A stretch of DNA of 64,000 bases, taken from Halobacteriovoraceae bacterium. GTDB taxonomy: Bacteria; Bdellovibrionota; Bacteriovoracia; Bacteriovoracales; Bacteriovoracaceae. The DNA is taken from assembly GCA_963719505.1 (NCBI GenBank), contig CAVRCF010000001.1:800001-864000 (forward strand), read 5' to 3'. The position numbers and the translations under genes are program-made. Below are positions 1 to 10,615 of this stretch, piece after piece; within the stretch, counting starts at the first letter, position 1, and every line of letters starts with the position of its first letter. The notes beneath the pieces are model-generated. The model was not told the origin of the DNA and searched no databases. It saw only the letters and a program-made list of their open reading frames with translations.

Positions 1-534
1 GATCTCTCTAGGGAAATTAATCGTGTAAACCCACTGTCAATGGTTTATTGTGGATACTCCTTGAAGGCCAAAGAACTGCTTTTGATTTCAAATGCTATAA
101 AAGAAATGCAAAGTGAACATGGAGCTAAAATGTATTGTGTTTGTGAAGCTCCTCCAGAAGGACTAGACTTTAGCTTTGAATTTGTAAAATATAATCAATC
201 TAAAATAATAGAGCAGTTATCTGCTTTCGATATCAAACTTGCACCTAGAGACTTATATAATGGATATAACTTAGGACATGCTGCTACAAAGGTAGCACTT
301 CCTGTTGTTGCAGGTGTTGTAGCCATTGGTTCAAACATCCCTTCATATATAAATAGAATTGAGACGCTCGATAACAATCCTCTTAATTGGCTGAATTTAC
401 TAAAAACTCTAAATAGTGATCGGTCTTTGATGGAGCATATGCTTTTTAGTCAGTACGAGTCTGTGCGAGCAAACTTGTCTGGTAAAAAGATTAAAGCTGA
501 CTATAAAAGAATGTTTGAGTATATTTTCTCATGA
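1..534 (+). CDS. Glycosyltransferase-like protein, 5'-truncated by the window edge
   Basis: Frame is open from base 1; C-terminal GT-B-like segment (ATKVALPVVAGVVAIGSNIPSY); lies in the polysaccharide locus. Confidence 0.5.
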   Translation, partial: DLSREINRVNPLSMVYCGYSLKAKELLLISNAIKEMQSEHGAKMYCVCEAPPEGLDFSFEFVKYNQSKIIEQLSAFDIKLAPRDLYNGYNLGHAATKVALPVVAGVVAIGSNIPSYINRIETLDNNPLNWLNLLKTLNSDRSLMEHMLFSQYESVRANLSGKKIKADYKRMFEYIFS

Positions 535-1508
535 TGAAAATTTACCTAGATTATGAACATTCAGAAGATCCTTGGGGGGGAATTAATAGTTTCTTTAGAG
601 GTTTCCATAAAGAACTAACATCAAGTTCTCAAAGGGCAAAACTAATAAATTCTAAATCTAAGGCTGATATCGTTCTCTTAGGTGCAGCTTCTAGAGGGAT
701 CGAGAAAGCTGTCACTGGTGATGAGATTGAAAGAGAATATCAATTAAGAGAGAAACTATTAAATAAAATTTTAAGTCGTCATCGATATAAACTTATTCAT
801 CGTTTGGACGGTCTGAGGGCTAGTTATGGGGCTGGATTTATACCAAATGATAGGGAACAACTTAATATAGCTGAACTCTCAGATGCGATAATATTCCAAA
901 GTAAAGAGAGTAAAAATGTTTTTGAAAAATATGGTCTAAACATTTCAAAAGTACAGTCTGAAATCATTTATAATGGAGCGGACCAAAGTATTTTTTTCCC
1001 TTGTATTTCTAAAAAACCTTCATTAAAGAAGAAAGTTTTAGCTACAAGCTGGTCAACAAACCTGAGGAAAGGTTTCAAAAAGATTGCTCAATTATCAAGA
1101 AGACAGGACATAGATGTTTTATTTGCTGGTCAATGGAATCAAGAGGTAGATTCAGAAAATGTTTGTCTTTTGGGTACAAAAAATTACAAGGAGTTATCCT
1201 ATTTATATAGAGAGGTTAATTTTTTTCTACATGCAGCTGAAAATGACCCTTGTCCCAATGTTGTTCTCGAGGCTCTCTCTTCTGGATTACCAATTTTGTT
1301 TCACCCCTCTGGAGGAACGAAAGAGTTATCTGAAAGATATGGTGAATCTATAGGATCAAACTCGGTAGATGAGCTTTTTAATGCTTTAGATAATATAATT
1401 ATTAACGAAGAAAAAATAAGAGAAAATATTATTCAGAATTTAAATAATTTTTCATTTAAAAAATGTTTTAACCAGTACTTAGATTTCTTTGAAAAACAGC
1501 TGATTTAG
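531..1508 (+). CDS. Glycosyltransferase family 4 (GT-B)
   Basis: WGGINSF N-terminal loop; IIYNGAD; DPCPNVVLEALSSGLPI motif. Confidence 0.85.
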   Translation: MMKIYLDYEHSEDPWGGINSFFRGFHKELTSSSQRAKLINSKSKADIVLLGAASRGIEKAVTGDEIEREYQLREKLLNKILSRHRYKLIHRLDGLRASYGAGFIPNDREQLNIAELSDAIIFQSKESKNVFEKYGLNISKVQSEIIYNGADQSIFFPCISKKPSLKKKVLATSWSTNLRKGFKKIAQLSRRQDIDVLFAGQWNQEVDSENVCLLGTKNYKELSYLYREVNFFLHAAENDPCPNVVLEALSSGLPILFHPSGGTKELSERYGESIGSNSVDELFNALDNIIINEEKIRENIIQNLNNFSFKKCFNQYLDFFEKQLI

Positions 1509-1517
1509 GAGAAAAAG

Positions 1518-2096
1518 ATGCTTCAAAAGTTAAAAAAACTTTTAAATAAAAGAAAAGTCTTTATTGATTGTGGTGCAAATGTTGGTGAGATTTCAGCAAG
1601 GTATCTAGATTTAGGATATACAGTAATTGCTTTTGAGCCTAACCCCAGTGCCTTTGAGGTTTTGTTGAATAAATTTGAAGATAATAAAAAAATAACGCTC
1701 ATCAATAAAGCTGTCTGGCATAAAAATACAACTTTAAAGCTTTATCTACATGAGAATAGCGACGAAGATGAGGTGTATTGGTCTCAGGGGTCTTCGTTAC
1801 TTTCATTTAAGGGTAATGTACTTGAGAGTAAGTTTGTAGAGGTCGAAGTTATCGACCTTTTCGAATTTATTAAAAATAGCGAATATGACTTCATTGATAC
1901 GATTAAAATCGATATAGAGGGTGCGGAAGTAGAAGTTCTTGAGAGATTGATAGAGGAAAAACTATATACTAAATTTGGAGAAATCTTTGTGGAGACTCAC
2001 GACCATAAAATCCCAGAGCTCAAAGAGTCTACAGACAAGATTCGAAATAGAGTTACTAATCTTAGAATCAAAAATATAGATTTGGATTGGGTCTAA
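1518..2096 (+). CDS. FkbM-family SAM-dependent methyltransferase
   Basis: FIDCGANVG, AFEPNP and IKIDIEGAE motifs. Confidence 0.9.
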   Translation: MLQKLKKLLNKRKVFIDCGANVGEISARYLDLGYTVIAFEPNPSAFEVLLNKFEDNKKITLINKAVWHKNTTLKLYLHENSDEDEVYWSQGSSLLSFKGNVLESKFVEVEVIDLFEFIKNSEYDFIDTIKIDIEGAEVEVLERLIEEKLYTKFGEIFVETHDHKIPELKESTDKIRNRVTNLRIKNIDLDWV

Positions 2097-3110
2097 ATGA
2101 AGTATAATGTCGCTATCCCAAGCCTCGAAACAACTGGAATTGGAGGCCCTATATCATTCCTAAAAAACTTCAGAGAATTTTCTAATAAAAATGGAACTAA
2201 ATTTTCAAAAAATAGCAAGAATATTTTCTTTCCCATTGAGCACCCTATTCATGATTTAAAAAAAAGAAGAGAGATGGGAGGATGTATTATCCAAAGGCTT
2301 GATGGTATATACTACCCTGAGAAGCATGGTGAAATGTTCGTTACTCTGAATGAAAATATAAAAGAAATCTACAGAAATTATTCATCGCACATCATCTTCC
2401 AAAGTGAATATTCAAAAAAGCAATGTTTTGCCATGTTTGGACCAGTCACTAAATACTCAATTATTCACAACGGGGCAAATTTGGAAGTCTTTTATCCACT
2501 ACAGGATAAACCCAAAAATAAAACAACTCAATTTATTACAACCGGCAACTTTAGAAACTTGGATATGCTAGAGCCAGTTATTAAAGCACTTGATATCCTT
2601 AGTGATAGCTATCAATTTGAATTGCAGATCTTGGGACCAGTAGTTAATGATGATCTTAAAAAATATTTAGATCGAGAGTATATTCGTTATTTAGGTCAGA
2701 GTACATCGCAGTTAGAAATTGCAGGTTATCTACGGACAGCAGATGCATTTATCTATTCTCACCTAAATCCTCCATGTCCAAACTCTGTCATAGAGGCAAT
2801 CTCAACCGGACTTCCCGTTATAGGGTTTGATAGTGGATCAATGTCGGAGTTATGTCATTTTTCGAAAGATTTGCTTGCTGATGTTGAAACAAAAATATTT
2901 CAAGAATATCTCGATTTTGATGAAAAAGAGTTAGCTATAGTTATAAAAAACTACTTAGACTCGCCAAGTTATTTTAATAAGATAGCATTAGAAAACCGTA
3001 GTTTTTTTTCAATTGAAAAATGCGTGAAATCATATTTTGAAATTTTTAGTAATGCTGGACTTAAAAGAGAGTCTTTTATAGATAAAATTAGGAGATACAT
3101 AAATGGATAA
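2097..3110 (+). CDS. Glycosyltransferase family 4, paralogue of 531..1508
   Basis: RLDG, IIFQS, IIHNGA and PPCPNSVIEAISTGLPV motifs shared with 531..1508. Confidence 0.85.
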   Translation: MKYNVAIPSLETTGIGGPISFLKNFREFSNKNGTKFSKNSKNIFFPIEHPIHDLKKRREMGGCIIQRLDGIYYPEKHGEMFVTLNENIKEIYRNYSSHIIFQSEYSKKQCFAMFGPVTKYSIIHNGANLEVFYPLQDKPKNKTTQFITTGNFRNLDMLEPVIKALDILSDSYQFELQILGPVVNDDLKKYLDREYIRYLGQSTSQLEIAGYLRTADAFIYSHLNPPCPNSVIEAISTGLPVIGFDSGSMSELCHFSKDLLADVETKIFQEYLDFDEKELAIVIKNYLDSPSYFNKIALENRSFFSIEKCVKSYFEIFSNAGLKRESFIDKIRRYING

Positions 3111-3753
3111 GCCCACTATGCATTGCCAGTCAGAAATTTTAAGTGATATTGGATATGAGTCCGTTTTAACGGATGATTTGATGTTGAAGTGGTATCGAGA
3201 TTATTACTCAACCTCAAAGCATTTGTTGACGCTGTATTCTATTGCAAATGGTCTCTGCGCAAAAAAGATCTTAGAAGTCGGATTTGGAAGAAGCTCATTT
3301 GTGTTAGCAAAGTCAGCGAAAGAAAATAATGGAAAATTATTCGCTTGCGATATGCGTGACTTTTCATATCTATTTAATGACGTCGAGAAAAAATATACCA
3401 ATTTCATTATCGGCTTGTCAGATAAAGCTTGGAACTCTTTAGAGGACGAGTCTTTAGATTTTGCATTTTTAGACTATTTCTCAGGAGAAGATATCTCAGA
3501 AGAATTTGTCATGAATGAGATTGAAAAATGTCTAAAGAAGATGAAGGGAAACAGCGTGATCGCAATTCATGACGTCTTTGATAGTCGATATAAAGTAGGC
3601 GAAGTTTTGAAAAAGATGTCTAGATCATGGAAGTTTAAGAATAAAATTTCTTTCTCATCAATAACTTATAATTACGGACTAGGGATCTTGACAGTTTCTC
3701 CTAAAGGGAAAAAAAATATCTTACAGGACGAGCAAAAAAAGAAGCTAGAATAG
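3103..3753 (+). CDS. Class I SAM-dependent methyltransferase (Methyltransf_24-like)
   Basis: ILEVGFGRSS, LDFAFLD and VIAIHD motifs. Confidence 0.75.
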   Translation: MDKPTMHCQSEILSDIGYESVLTDDLMLKWYRDYYSTSKHLLTLYSIANGLCAKKILEVGFGRSSFVLAKSAKENNGKLFACDMRDFSYLFNDVEKKYTNFIIGLSDKAWNSLEDESLDFAFLDYFSGEDISEEFVMNEIEKCLKKMKGNSVIAIHDVFDSRYKVGEVLKKMSRSWKFKNKISFSSITYNYGLGILTVSPKGKKNILQDEQKKKLE

Positions 3754-4560
3754 ATTTTTAACTCTAAATATAGTTTTTCTTTTTAAACGAGAGAGACTAC
3801 ATCTGAAGGGATTTATGGCAATAACTTTTCCACCATTAGCCCTTATTTTCGCTGTTAAGGAGTGTTCATTCAATATGCACAAGGCTTTAAATCTTAAAGT
3901 TTTAGCCGACTTAATTGTTAAATCTTCCGAGCGGTACCACTTTTTTGGCATTTTCATAATGGGAACGCTTTTAATGAGCCACTCGTCTATCAATTCTATA
4001 TAATTCTTACTAAAGAAATTGTTGTGATTATTTATCAGCTGATCGGATCCATCAATATCCTTAATCTTATAGGAAACAATGGACTCTACGCATTGAAGAG
4101 CTTTCTTATTGCAAAGAAAAAAGTTTGTTCTAATCCAGCTATTAGATTTTAGATTTCTAATTCTAACATCTTCAATATAAGCGTCTGCGTAACCTGATAT
4201 GAAAGGAGAATTGATTTTCTCCAGCCTTTTCAGATTAAATTTATTAATAAAGTCGGCAGAAAAGTTTCTGTGAAAAGAATCGTTTGCCAGTATTATTATA
4301 TCTTGCTCATTAATAGACTCTGACAAAATAGTATAACCTTTTTGCCATGCGCTAAATTCATGAGAACTGTTGTCTCCATTAATTAAAGTCTTATTTCCTG
4401 CGAGCTGATCTTTGAATTCGTGATCTACTGAGTTATCTAAAATTAAAAAATTTTGGGGAATTATTGAATTCTTTTCTAAGAACCTATTTATGACATTAAT
4501 TGAGCTATTGTGATGTTTACTTCCAAATTGAACAAGAATGACGTGGTAATTTATATCCAT
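3745..4560 (-). CDS. Hypothetical polysaccharide-biosynthesis protein (GT-A-like/rhamnan-synthesis-like)
   Basis: 271-aa ORF; LILDN, GDNSSHEFSAWQKG and IILANDSF segments; locus context. Confidence 0.5.
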   Translation of the reverse strand: MDINYHVILVQFGSKHHNSSINVINRFLEKNSIIPQNFLILDNSVDHEFKDQLAGNKTLINGDNSSHEFSAWQKGYTILSESINEQDIIILANDSFHRNFSADFINKFNLKRLEKINSPFISGYADAYIEDVRIRNLKSNSWIRTNFFLCNKKALQCVESIVSYKIKDIDGSDQLINNHNNFFSKNYIELIDEWLIKSVPIMKMPKKWYRSEDLTIKSAKTLRFKALCILNEHSLTAKIRANGGKVIAINPFRCSLSRLKRKTIFRVKNLF

Positions 4561-4662
4561 TTATTGCGCCCATTGTTAGAGTCCAATCTGAGCTAATATT
4601 TTAGCCAAATTGTTAGATTTAGGCTATACATTATGTCTAATAATAAACAAGTAGGGGGAGAT

Positions 4663-5733
4663 TTGAAAGTTTTAATAACTGGTGGAGCAGGTTTTATTGG
4701 TTCTGCTGTCGTAAGACATATTATCAAAAATACAGACAACACAGTTTTAAATATTGATAAGCTCACCTATGCAGGGAACTTGGACTCACTAGTAGGAGTT
4801 GAAGAAAGCGAAAAGTATAAATTCTCTAAGACTGATATTTGTGACTTTAATAACCTAAAACAAGTATTCAATGATTTTAAGCCTGATCTTGTAATGCATC
4901 TTGCGGCTGAAAGTCATGTCGATAGATCAATAGATGGAGCATCTGAATTTATTCAGACAAATATAATTGGAACTTTCAATTTACTGGAAATTTCAAAAGA
5001 GTACTTCAACGGTCTCTCTGATGAAAAAAAATCAGTCTTCAAGTTTCATCATATATCCACAGATGAAGTGTATGGCGACTTAGATAATATGACTGACCTT
5101 TTTACTGAGGAGACATCCTATGCTCCAAGTAGCCCATACTCTGCTTCAAAAGCATCTTCTGACCATTTAGTTAGAGCTTGGAGAAGAACTTATGGTCTTC
5201 CTACCGTTGTAACAAACTGTTCTAATAACTATGGACCTTACCACTTTCCTGAAAAACTAATTCCTTTAGTCATCTTAAATGCTATTTCCGGTAAAAGCCT
5301 ACCTGTGTATGGTGATGGAAAGCAAATCAGAGATTGGTTATATGTAGAAGATCACGCTCGGGCTCTCTATAAGGTACTCACTGAAGGGACAGTAGGAGAG
5401 ACTTATAACATCGGTGGCCACAATGAAAAAACTAACTTGGATGTTGTTCATACAATTTGCGATCTCCTTGATGATTTAGTGCCAAATAAACCAGATGGAG
5501 TTACAAACTTTCGAGACCTAATAACTTTTGTTACAGATAGACCAGGACACGATCAGAGGTACGCAATAGATGCTTCTAAAATACAAAAAAAATTAGGTTG
5601 GTCCCCAGAGGAAACTTTTGAAACAGGAATTAAGAAAACAGTTGTTTGGTATCTTGAAAATAGGAATTGGTGGGAAAAAGTTTTAAATGGTTCGTACAAA
5701 AATGAAAGACTTGGTCTTTCTGGAGGGAAATAA
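4663..5733 (+). CDS. rfbB: dTDP-glucose 4,6-dehydratase
   Basis: [30 protein letters not shown] and YSASK motifs; likely TTG start at 4663 after a G-rich SD-like run (ORF track begins at 4633). Confidence 0.97.
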   Translation: MKVLITGGAGFIGSAVVRHIIKNTDNTVLNIDKLTYAGNLDSLVGVEESEKYKFSKTDICDFNNLKQVFNDFKPDLVMHLAAESHVDRSIDGASEFIQTNIIGTFNLLEISKEYFNGLSDEKKSVFKFHHISTDEVYGDLDNMTDLFTEETSYAPSSPYSASKASSDHLVRAWRRTYGLPTVVTNCSNNYGPYHFPEKLIPLVILNAISGKSLPVYGDGKQIRDWLYVEDHARALYKVLTEGTVGETYNIGGHNEKTNLDVVHTICDLLDDLVPNKPDGVTNFRDLITFVTDRPGHDQRYAIDASKIQKKLGWSPEETFETGIKKTVVWYLENRNWWEKVLNGSYKNERLGLSGGK

Positions 5734-6605
5734 TGAAAGGTATTGTATTAGCAGGAGGTTCTGGGACACGATTGTATCCTATTACTAAGGGCGTCTCTAA
5801 GCAGCTTCTTCCGGTTTATGATAAACCAATGATTTATTATCCACTTTCGACTCTTATGCTTGCTGGAATTAAAGATATTCTTATCATTACTACTCCAGAA
5901 GACAATGAAAGCTTTAAGAGGCTTTTAGGTGATGGCTCTGATTTTGGTATTAACCTAAAATATGCCGTTCAAGATGCTCCAAACGGTTTAGCTGAAGCCT
6001 TTATTATTGGAGAAGACTTTATCGGTGGAGACTCTTGTTGCCTTGTATTGGGCGACAATATTTACTACGGACACCATTTCTCAGACACATTAATTAATGC
6101 TTTTAATCAAAAGGAAGGGGCTACTGTTTTTGGTTACCATGTGAGAGACCCAGAAAGATTTGGAGTTGTTGAGTTCGATAAAAACTTCAAAGCACTTTCA
6201 ATTGAAGAAAAACCTGAAAATCCTAAGTCTAATTGGGCCGTAACTGGATTATATTTTTACGACAACAAAGTGGTTGAATATGCAAAAAAGATAAAACCTT
6301 CTCACCGAGGAGAACTGGAGATAACAAGTATTAATCAGCTTTATCTTGAAGCGGAAACGTTAAAGGTTGAGCTCTTGGGAAGAGGTTTTGCATGGCTTGA
6401 CACGGGAACTCATGAGAGTTTGAGTGATGCATCAACATTTATTCAGACTATAGAGAACAGACAGGGGTTAAAGGTAGCTTGCTTGGAAGAGATCGCCTGG
6501 TCAAAAGGTTGGTTGAGTGATGATGAACTTAGAGAAAAAGGGAATCTCATGGCAAAAAATGAATATGGTCAATACCTTTTACAACTACTAAAGAGTCATA
6601 GATAA
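5733..6605 (+). CDS. rfbA: Glucose-1-phosphate thymidylyltransferase
   Basis: [32 protein letters not shown] and WLDTGT motifs. Confidence 0.97.
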   Translation: MKGIVLAGGSGTRLYPITKGVSKQLLPVYDKPMIYYPLSTLMLAGIKDILIITTPEDNESFKRLLGDGSDFGINLKYAVQDAPNGLAEAFIIGEDFIGGDSCCLVLGDNIYYGHHFSDTLINAFNQKEGATVFGYHVRDPERFGVVEFDKNFKALSIEEKPENPKSNWAVTGLYFYDNKVVEYAKKIKPSHRGELEITSINQLYLEAETLKVELLGRGFAWLDTGTHESLSDASTFIQTIENRQGLKVACLEEIAWSKGWLSDDELREKGNLMAKNEYGQYLLQLLKSHR

Positions 6606-7472
6606 ATGAAAGTTTTAGTCTTTGGAGCTAATGGGCAAGTCGGTAAAGACCTCGTTTTAAAGCTTAATCAGAACAATATTGATTTCAAAGCTTATGAAAG
6701 AGAGTCTTTGGATATAACAGATAGGGAACAATTACTGTCCGTGTTTAAAAAAGAAAGACCTTCTTTTGTTGTTAATGCAGCCGCCTACACAGCTGTTGAC
6801 TTAGCTGAAGAAGAAGAGTTGAAAGCTAGAGCAGTTAATACAGATGCTCCGGGTATTATCGCAAAGCTATGTTCCGAATTCGACACGTGTCTTGTTCACA
6901 TATCAACAGACTATGTTTTTGATGGTGAGAGTATTGATAGGTTGTATTCAGAAGAAGATGTCACTAATCCTGAAACTGTCTATGGGACAACCAAGAGAGA
7001 TGGTGAAATCGAAATTTGTGAGGTTCTAGCTAAATACATAATTCTTAGGACCTCTTGGGTGTTTGGTGAACACGGAAATAACTTTGTTAAGACAATGTTG
7101 AGGCTCTCGAAGTCAAATGATGAACTTCGAATTGTTCACGATCAAGTGGGAGCTCCTACCTACGCTGGAGATATTTCAAAAGCGATTATTCAAATTTTGA
7201 AAGCTGATAATATTAACTATGGAATCTTTCACTTTTGTGGAGCTCCGTATGTTAGTTGGTATGAGTTTGCTAATGAAATTTTTAAAAAGGCTAAAGCAGA
7301 AAATATCATTGAACAAGAACCGATACTAAAACCGATTCAATCAATAGATTTTCCTCAAAAAGCTAAGCGCCCAAAGAACTCAAGGTTGGCAACGGCAAAA
7401 ATAGAGTTGAAATATAATATTCAACCATCGAATTGGTTGAACGCACTAGATAATATTAAGGATTATAAGTGA
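6606..7472 (+). CDS. rfbD: dTDP-4-dehydrorhamnose reductase
   Basis: GANGQVG, NAAAYTAVD, HISTDYVFDG and YGTTK motifs. Confidence 0.95.
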   Translation: MKVLVFGANGQVGKDLVLKLNQNNIDFKAYERESLDITDREQLLSVFKKERPSFVVNAAAYTAVDLAEEEELKARAVNTDAPGIIAKLCSEFDTCLVHISTDYVFDGESIDRLYSEEDVTNPETVYGTTKRDGEIEICEVLAKYIILRTSWVFGEHGNNFVKTMLRLSKSNDELRIVHDQVGAPTYAGDISKAIIQILKADNINYGIFHFCGAPYVSWYEFANEIFKKAKAENIIEQEPILKPIQSIDFPQKAKRPKNSRLATAKIELKYNIQPSNWLNALDNIKDYK

Positions 7473-8029
7473 AAGTAATTGATACCAAACTTCAAGATGT
7501 AAAAATAATAGAGCCCGTTGTATTCGGAGACGACAGAGGCTTTTTCATGGAAACCTTTCAGCAAGAGAAATTCGAAAAAGAAGTTTGTGAAAGAAGATTT
7601 GTTCAAGACAATCATTCAAAATCTAGCAAAGGGATTCTAAGAGGTCTTCATTTTCAAACAAAGAATACACAAGGGAAGCTTGTTAGGGTTGTAAGTGGTG
7701 AGGTTTATGATGTCGTTGTAGACCTTAGAAATAGTTCTCAAACATTTGGTCACTGGGTAGGTGTTTATTTATCTGCTGAGAATAAGAAACAGCTTTGGGT
7801 TCCGGAAGGATTTGCTCACGGCTTTTACGTTACTTCAGCAGAAGCGGAATTTGTTTATAAGTGTACTGATTATTATAACCCAAAGTATGAAAAGACATTA
7901 GCTTACAATGATAAGGACATCAAAGTCGATTGGCCATTTGATGGAGATCCTATTCTATCTTCCAAAGATGCAGATGGAGAGAAATTTAGTGAGTTAAACC
8001 TTAATTGGGGGGGGAATGAATTTAGATAA
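7469..8029 (+). CDS. rfbC: dTDP-4-dehydrorhamnose 3,5-epimerase
   Basis: FGDDRGFF, QDNHSKS, LRGLHFQ and VPEGFAHGF motifs; GTG start. Confidence 0.96.
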   Translation: MKVIDTKLQDVKIIEPVVFGDDRGFFMETFQQEKFEKEVCERRFVQDNHSKSSKGILRGLHFQTKNTQGKLVRVVSGEVYDVVVDLRNSSQTFGHWVGVYLSAENKKQLWVPEGFAHGFYVTSAEAEFVYKCTDYYNPKYEKTLAYNDKDIKVDWPFDGDPILSSKDADGEKFSELNLNWGGNEFR

Positions 8030-8811
8030 CTTTATCAATCTTGAAAATTTTGAAAATTCTTTTCGCAATTTTAAAAATGAGAAGCCATTTCCTTTTGCTA
8101 TAGTAGATGACTTTTTTAAAAATGATATAGCAGCACAACTAGAAAATGAAATCCCTGAGTATGATGGAAGTGAGTGGTTTAGCTATGAAAATGCAATTGA
8201 GATCAAAAAAGCCTGTAATAACTGGAATTATTTCCCCAAATTAACATATGAAGTTTTCACATTACTAAATTCAAAGACATTTACTCAAATGGTCGCATCT
8301 CTTACAGGTACGGACTTTTTAGAAAGTGATATGGGGTTAAACGGAGGTGGTTGGCATATTCATCCAAGTGGTGGGAAGCTCAATACTCATCTCGACTACT
8401 CTCTTCATCCCAAACTAGGATTAGAAAGAAAGTTTAATATTATTATCTATTTAAACAGTAATTGGAAGGAAAGTTGGGGGGGGCCATTTAGGATTTTGGA
8501 ACCACGATGAAAAAAATAGCGGACCAGGGGAGCTTTCTAAAAAGGTTAGCTGTAAGTTTAATAGAGCGGTTATCTTTGACACAACATTCAATAGTTGGCA
8601 CGGCTTACCTGAGCCTATAGAAGCCCCAAAGGGGGAGTTTAGAAAAAGTATCGCAGTTTATTATTTAACAAAACCTTCTGAGATGACTTCTAGTAGAGGG
8701 AAGGCGTTGTTTGCACCTACTAATGCTCAAAAGAATGATCAAGAGGTTTTAGATTTAATAAAGTTACGCTCTCAAGTGTCGGAGGCTCAAAATGTTTATA
8801 GAAAGAAATAG
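8016..8811 (+). pseudogene. 2OG-Fe(II) oxygenase split by a +1 frameshift in a G8 run (8476-8483)
   Basis: HLD motif in the first part; removing one G gives WGGHLGFWNHD...SWHGLPEP...RKSIAVYY to TAG at 8809-8811, supplying the distal His and the RxS motif. Confidence 0.85.
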
Positions 8812-8817
8812 GATACC

Positions 8818-9591
8818 TTGAAAGAAGTAACAGTTATTATTCCCTTTTATAATTTAGGAAAGTATCTAGATGAAGCAGTATTATCTGTTGAGAATCAGTC
8901 CCTGAGTAATTGGGAATTAATCATTTCAAATGATGGGTCAAGCGATTTAGATTCTATTGAATCATTAAATAAATATAGACAGAAATATACAGTCATTGAC
9001 AAAGAAAATACTGGCTTAGCGAATACAAGAAATGTCGCTATCGAAATATCTAGAACTGAATTTATAGTCTGCCTAGATGCAGACGACGTCTTAGAACCAA
9101 CTTATATTGAAGAGCTTTTAAGAGTTATAAAGAATAATAATGAATTAGGCTTTGTAACCTCTTGGGTTCAACTCTTTGAAGGAAGTCAATCTATTTGGGA
9201 GACTTCAAAGTTTGATAAAATTAAGCTTTTGAAAGAGAATTGCATTCACGTGGCTTCACTATTTCGAAAGGAAGCATGGAAGCAAGTCGGTGGATATGAT
9301 GAAAAACTCATTGGCTATCAAGATTGGAACTTTTGGTTAGGTCTAGTAGCTAAAGGCTACAAATGGGAAGTTGTTGAGAAGTGCTTATTTAATTATCGTG
9401 TGCGGGAGCAATCTATGATTCAGAACTCTGATGGAAAAAGAAGAGAAATCTTATCTGAGATTATAAAAAACCATTATCAACTTTATCAGGAAATGATGCT
9501 CGATTTGATATTATCTATGGATGAAGATAAACAAAATTTACTGGAAAGGATTAGATTTTTAGAGGGAGAACTTGATGAAAAAAATAAGTAA
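8818..9591 (+). CDS. Glycosyltransferase family 2
   Basis: VIIPFYN, NDGSSD, LDADD and GGYDE...QDW motifs; TTG start. Confidence 0.92.
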   Translation: MKEVTVIIPFYNLGKYLDEAVLSVENQSLSNWELIISNDGSSDLDSIESLNKYRQKYTVIDKENTGLANTRNVAIEISRTEFIVCLDADDVLEPTYIEELLRVIKNNNELGFVTSWVQLFEGSQSIWETSKFDKIKLLKENCIHVASLFRKEAWKQVGGYDEKLIGYQDWNFWLGLVAKGYKWEVVEKCLFNYRVREQSMIQNSDGKRREILSEIIKNHYQLYQEMMLDLILSMDEDKQNLLERIRFLEGELDEKNK

Positions 9592-10615
9592 AGTTCCTTA
9601 TTTACTCTTTTCAAAGATAAAGGTTATTCTATTTAGCTTAAAAATTTTATTAAAAAAGTTTCTTGATAACTTTAGAGACTATTCAAAGGTGAAATCGCTT
9701 CCTCTTAAATTGGATCAATCAGGGCATTGCTTTGCAGCTCAAAGCGAATACTTTAGATCAAATTACTATGATATGTTAGAGATTGAAGGTAATTTTGAAT
9801 ATCCTATTCTTCCAGAAAAAAAAGATAACCTTCAAAATCTAAAATCATTTTGTTATGCCAATAATATTAAAACTCTGTGGCTTTATAGGCCGGAGTGGTT
9901 CACATCAATAAAGGAAGATTTAGAAGAATTGCGAGAGAATGGTGTATCAATTATAGGCTTTTCAACTGAGCCAATACCAACCCTCAATGATTTCCTCAAG
10001 ATGAACTCTCATATTGATCAAATGAAAAGACTAATTTCTCTTTTTCCTGCAAGAAAGTTACAACTTGATAGAATTATTCACTTCGACTCTTCTTCCGAAA
10101 GTTTACTGAAGTATTTAGGATTTAAGAACTTAATTTGTCATCCACTACCTGTAAGTCGTTCTGTTTTTGACGTTCCTTCTGAGGAGATTAAATATGACAT
10201 TTGCTTCATTGGTAGGCCAACAGAGTATAGAGAGTTTTTTCTATCTCCACTTAAAGCCTTTTATAAAGTCATTCATATTGCCCACGGTCTTTTTGATGAG
10301 GACGCTGCAAAACTTATGGCATCTTCAAGAATTGTATTAAATCTTCACAATGAGAAATACCTCAATTTTGAAGACAGATTAGTCCAAATAAAATTTTCTA
10401 AAAGTATCGTTTTCTCTCAGCCTTTAACAATGAATGAATGGCTTAAAGAAGATGAGTACGTAGAATTCAAATACAAAGATGAATTGCTTAAAAAGGTGGA
10501 ATCTGTATTAAGAGAGAAGGACGCCTCTGTAATAGAAAAATACAGAAACAAATTTGATAAAAAAGAATCTTTTTATTATTCATCACTTTTAAAAGTACTT
10601 AGTTTAGCCAAGTAG
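9572..10615 (+). CDS. CgeB-like/GT-B glycosyltransferase
   Basis: YDICFIGRPTEYR and SRIVLNLH...FEDRL motifs. Confidence 0.65.
   Translation: MMKKISKVPYLLFSKIKVILFSLKILLKKFLDNFRDYSKVKSLPLKLDQSGHCFAAQSEYFRSNYYDMLEIEGNFEYPILPEKKDNLQNLKSFCYANNIKTLWLYRPEWFTSIKEDLEELRENGVSIIGFSTEPIPTLNDFLKMNSHIDQMKRLISLFPARKLQLDRIIHFDSSSESLLKYLGFKNLICHPLPVSRSVFDVPSEEIKYDICFIGRPTEYREFFLSPLKAFYKVIHIAHGLFDEDAAKLMASSRIVLNLHNEKYLNFEDRLVQIKFSKSIVFSQPLTMNEWLKEDEYVEFKYKDELLKKVESVLREKDASVIEKYRNKFDKKESFYYSSLLKVLSLAK

Noticed and set aside
574-580. G7 tracts at 574-580 and 11047-11053 as phase-variation switches
   Set aside because: Short, in frame, and they encode conserved WGG and GPP motifs
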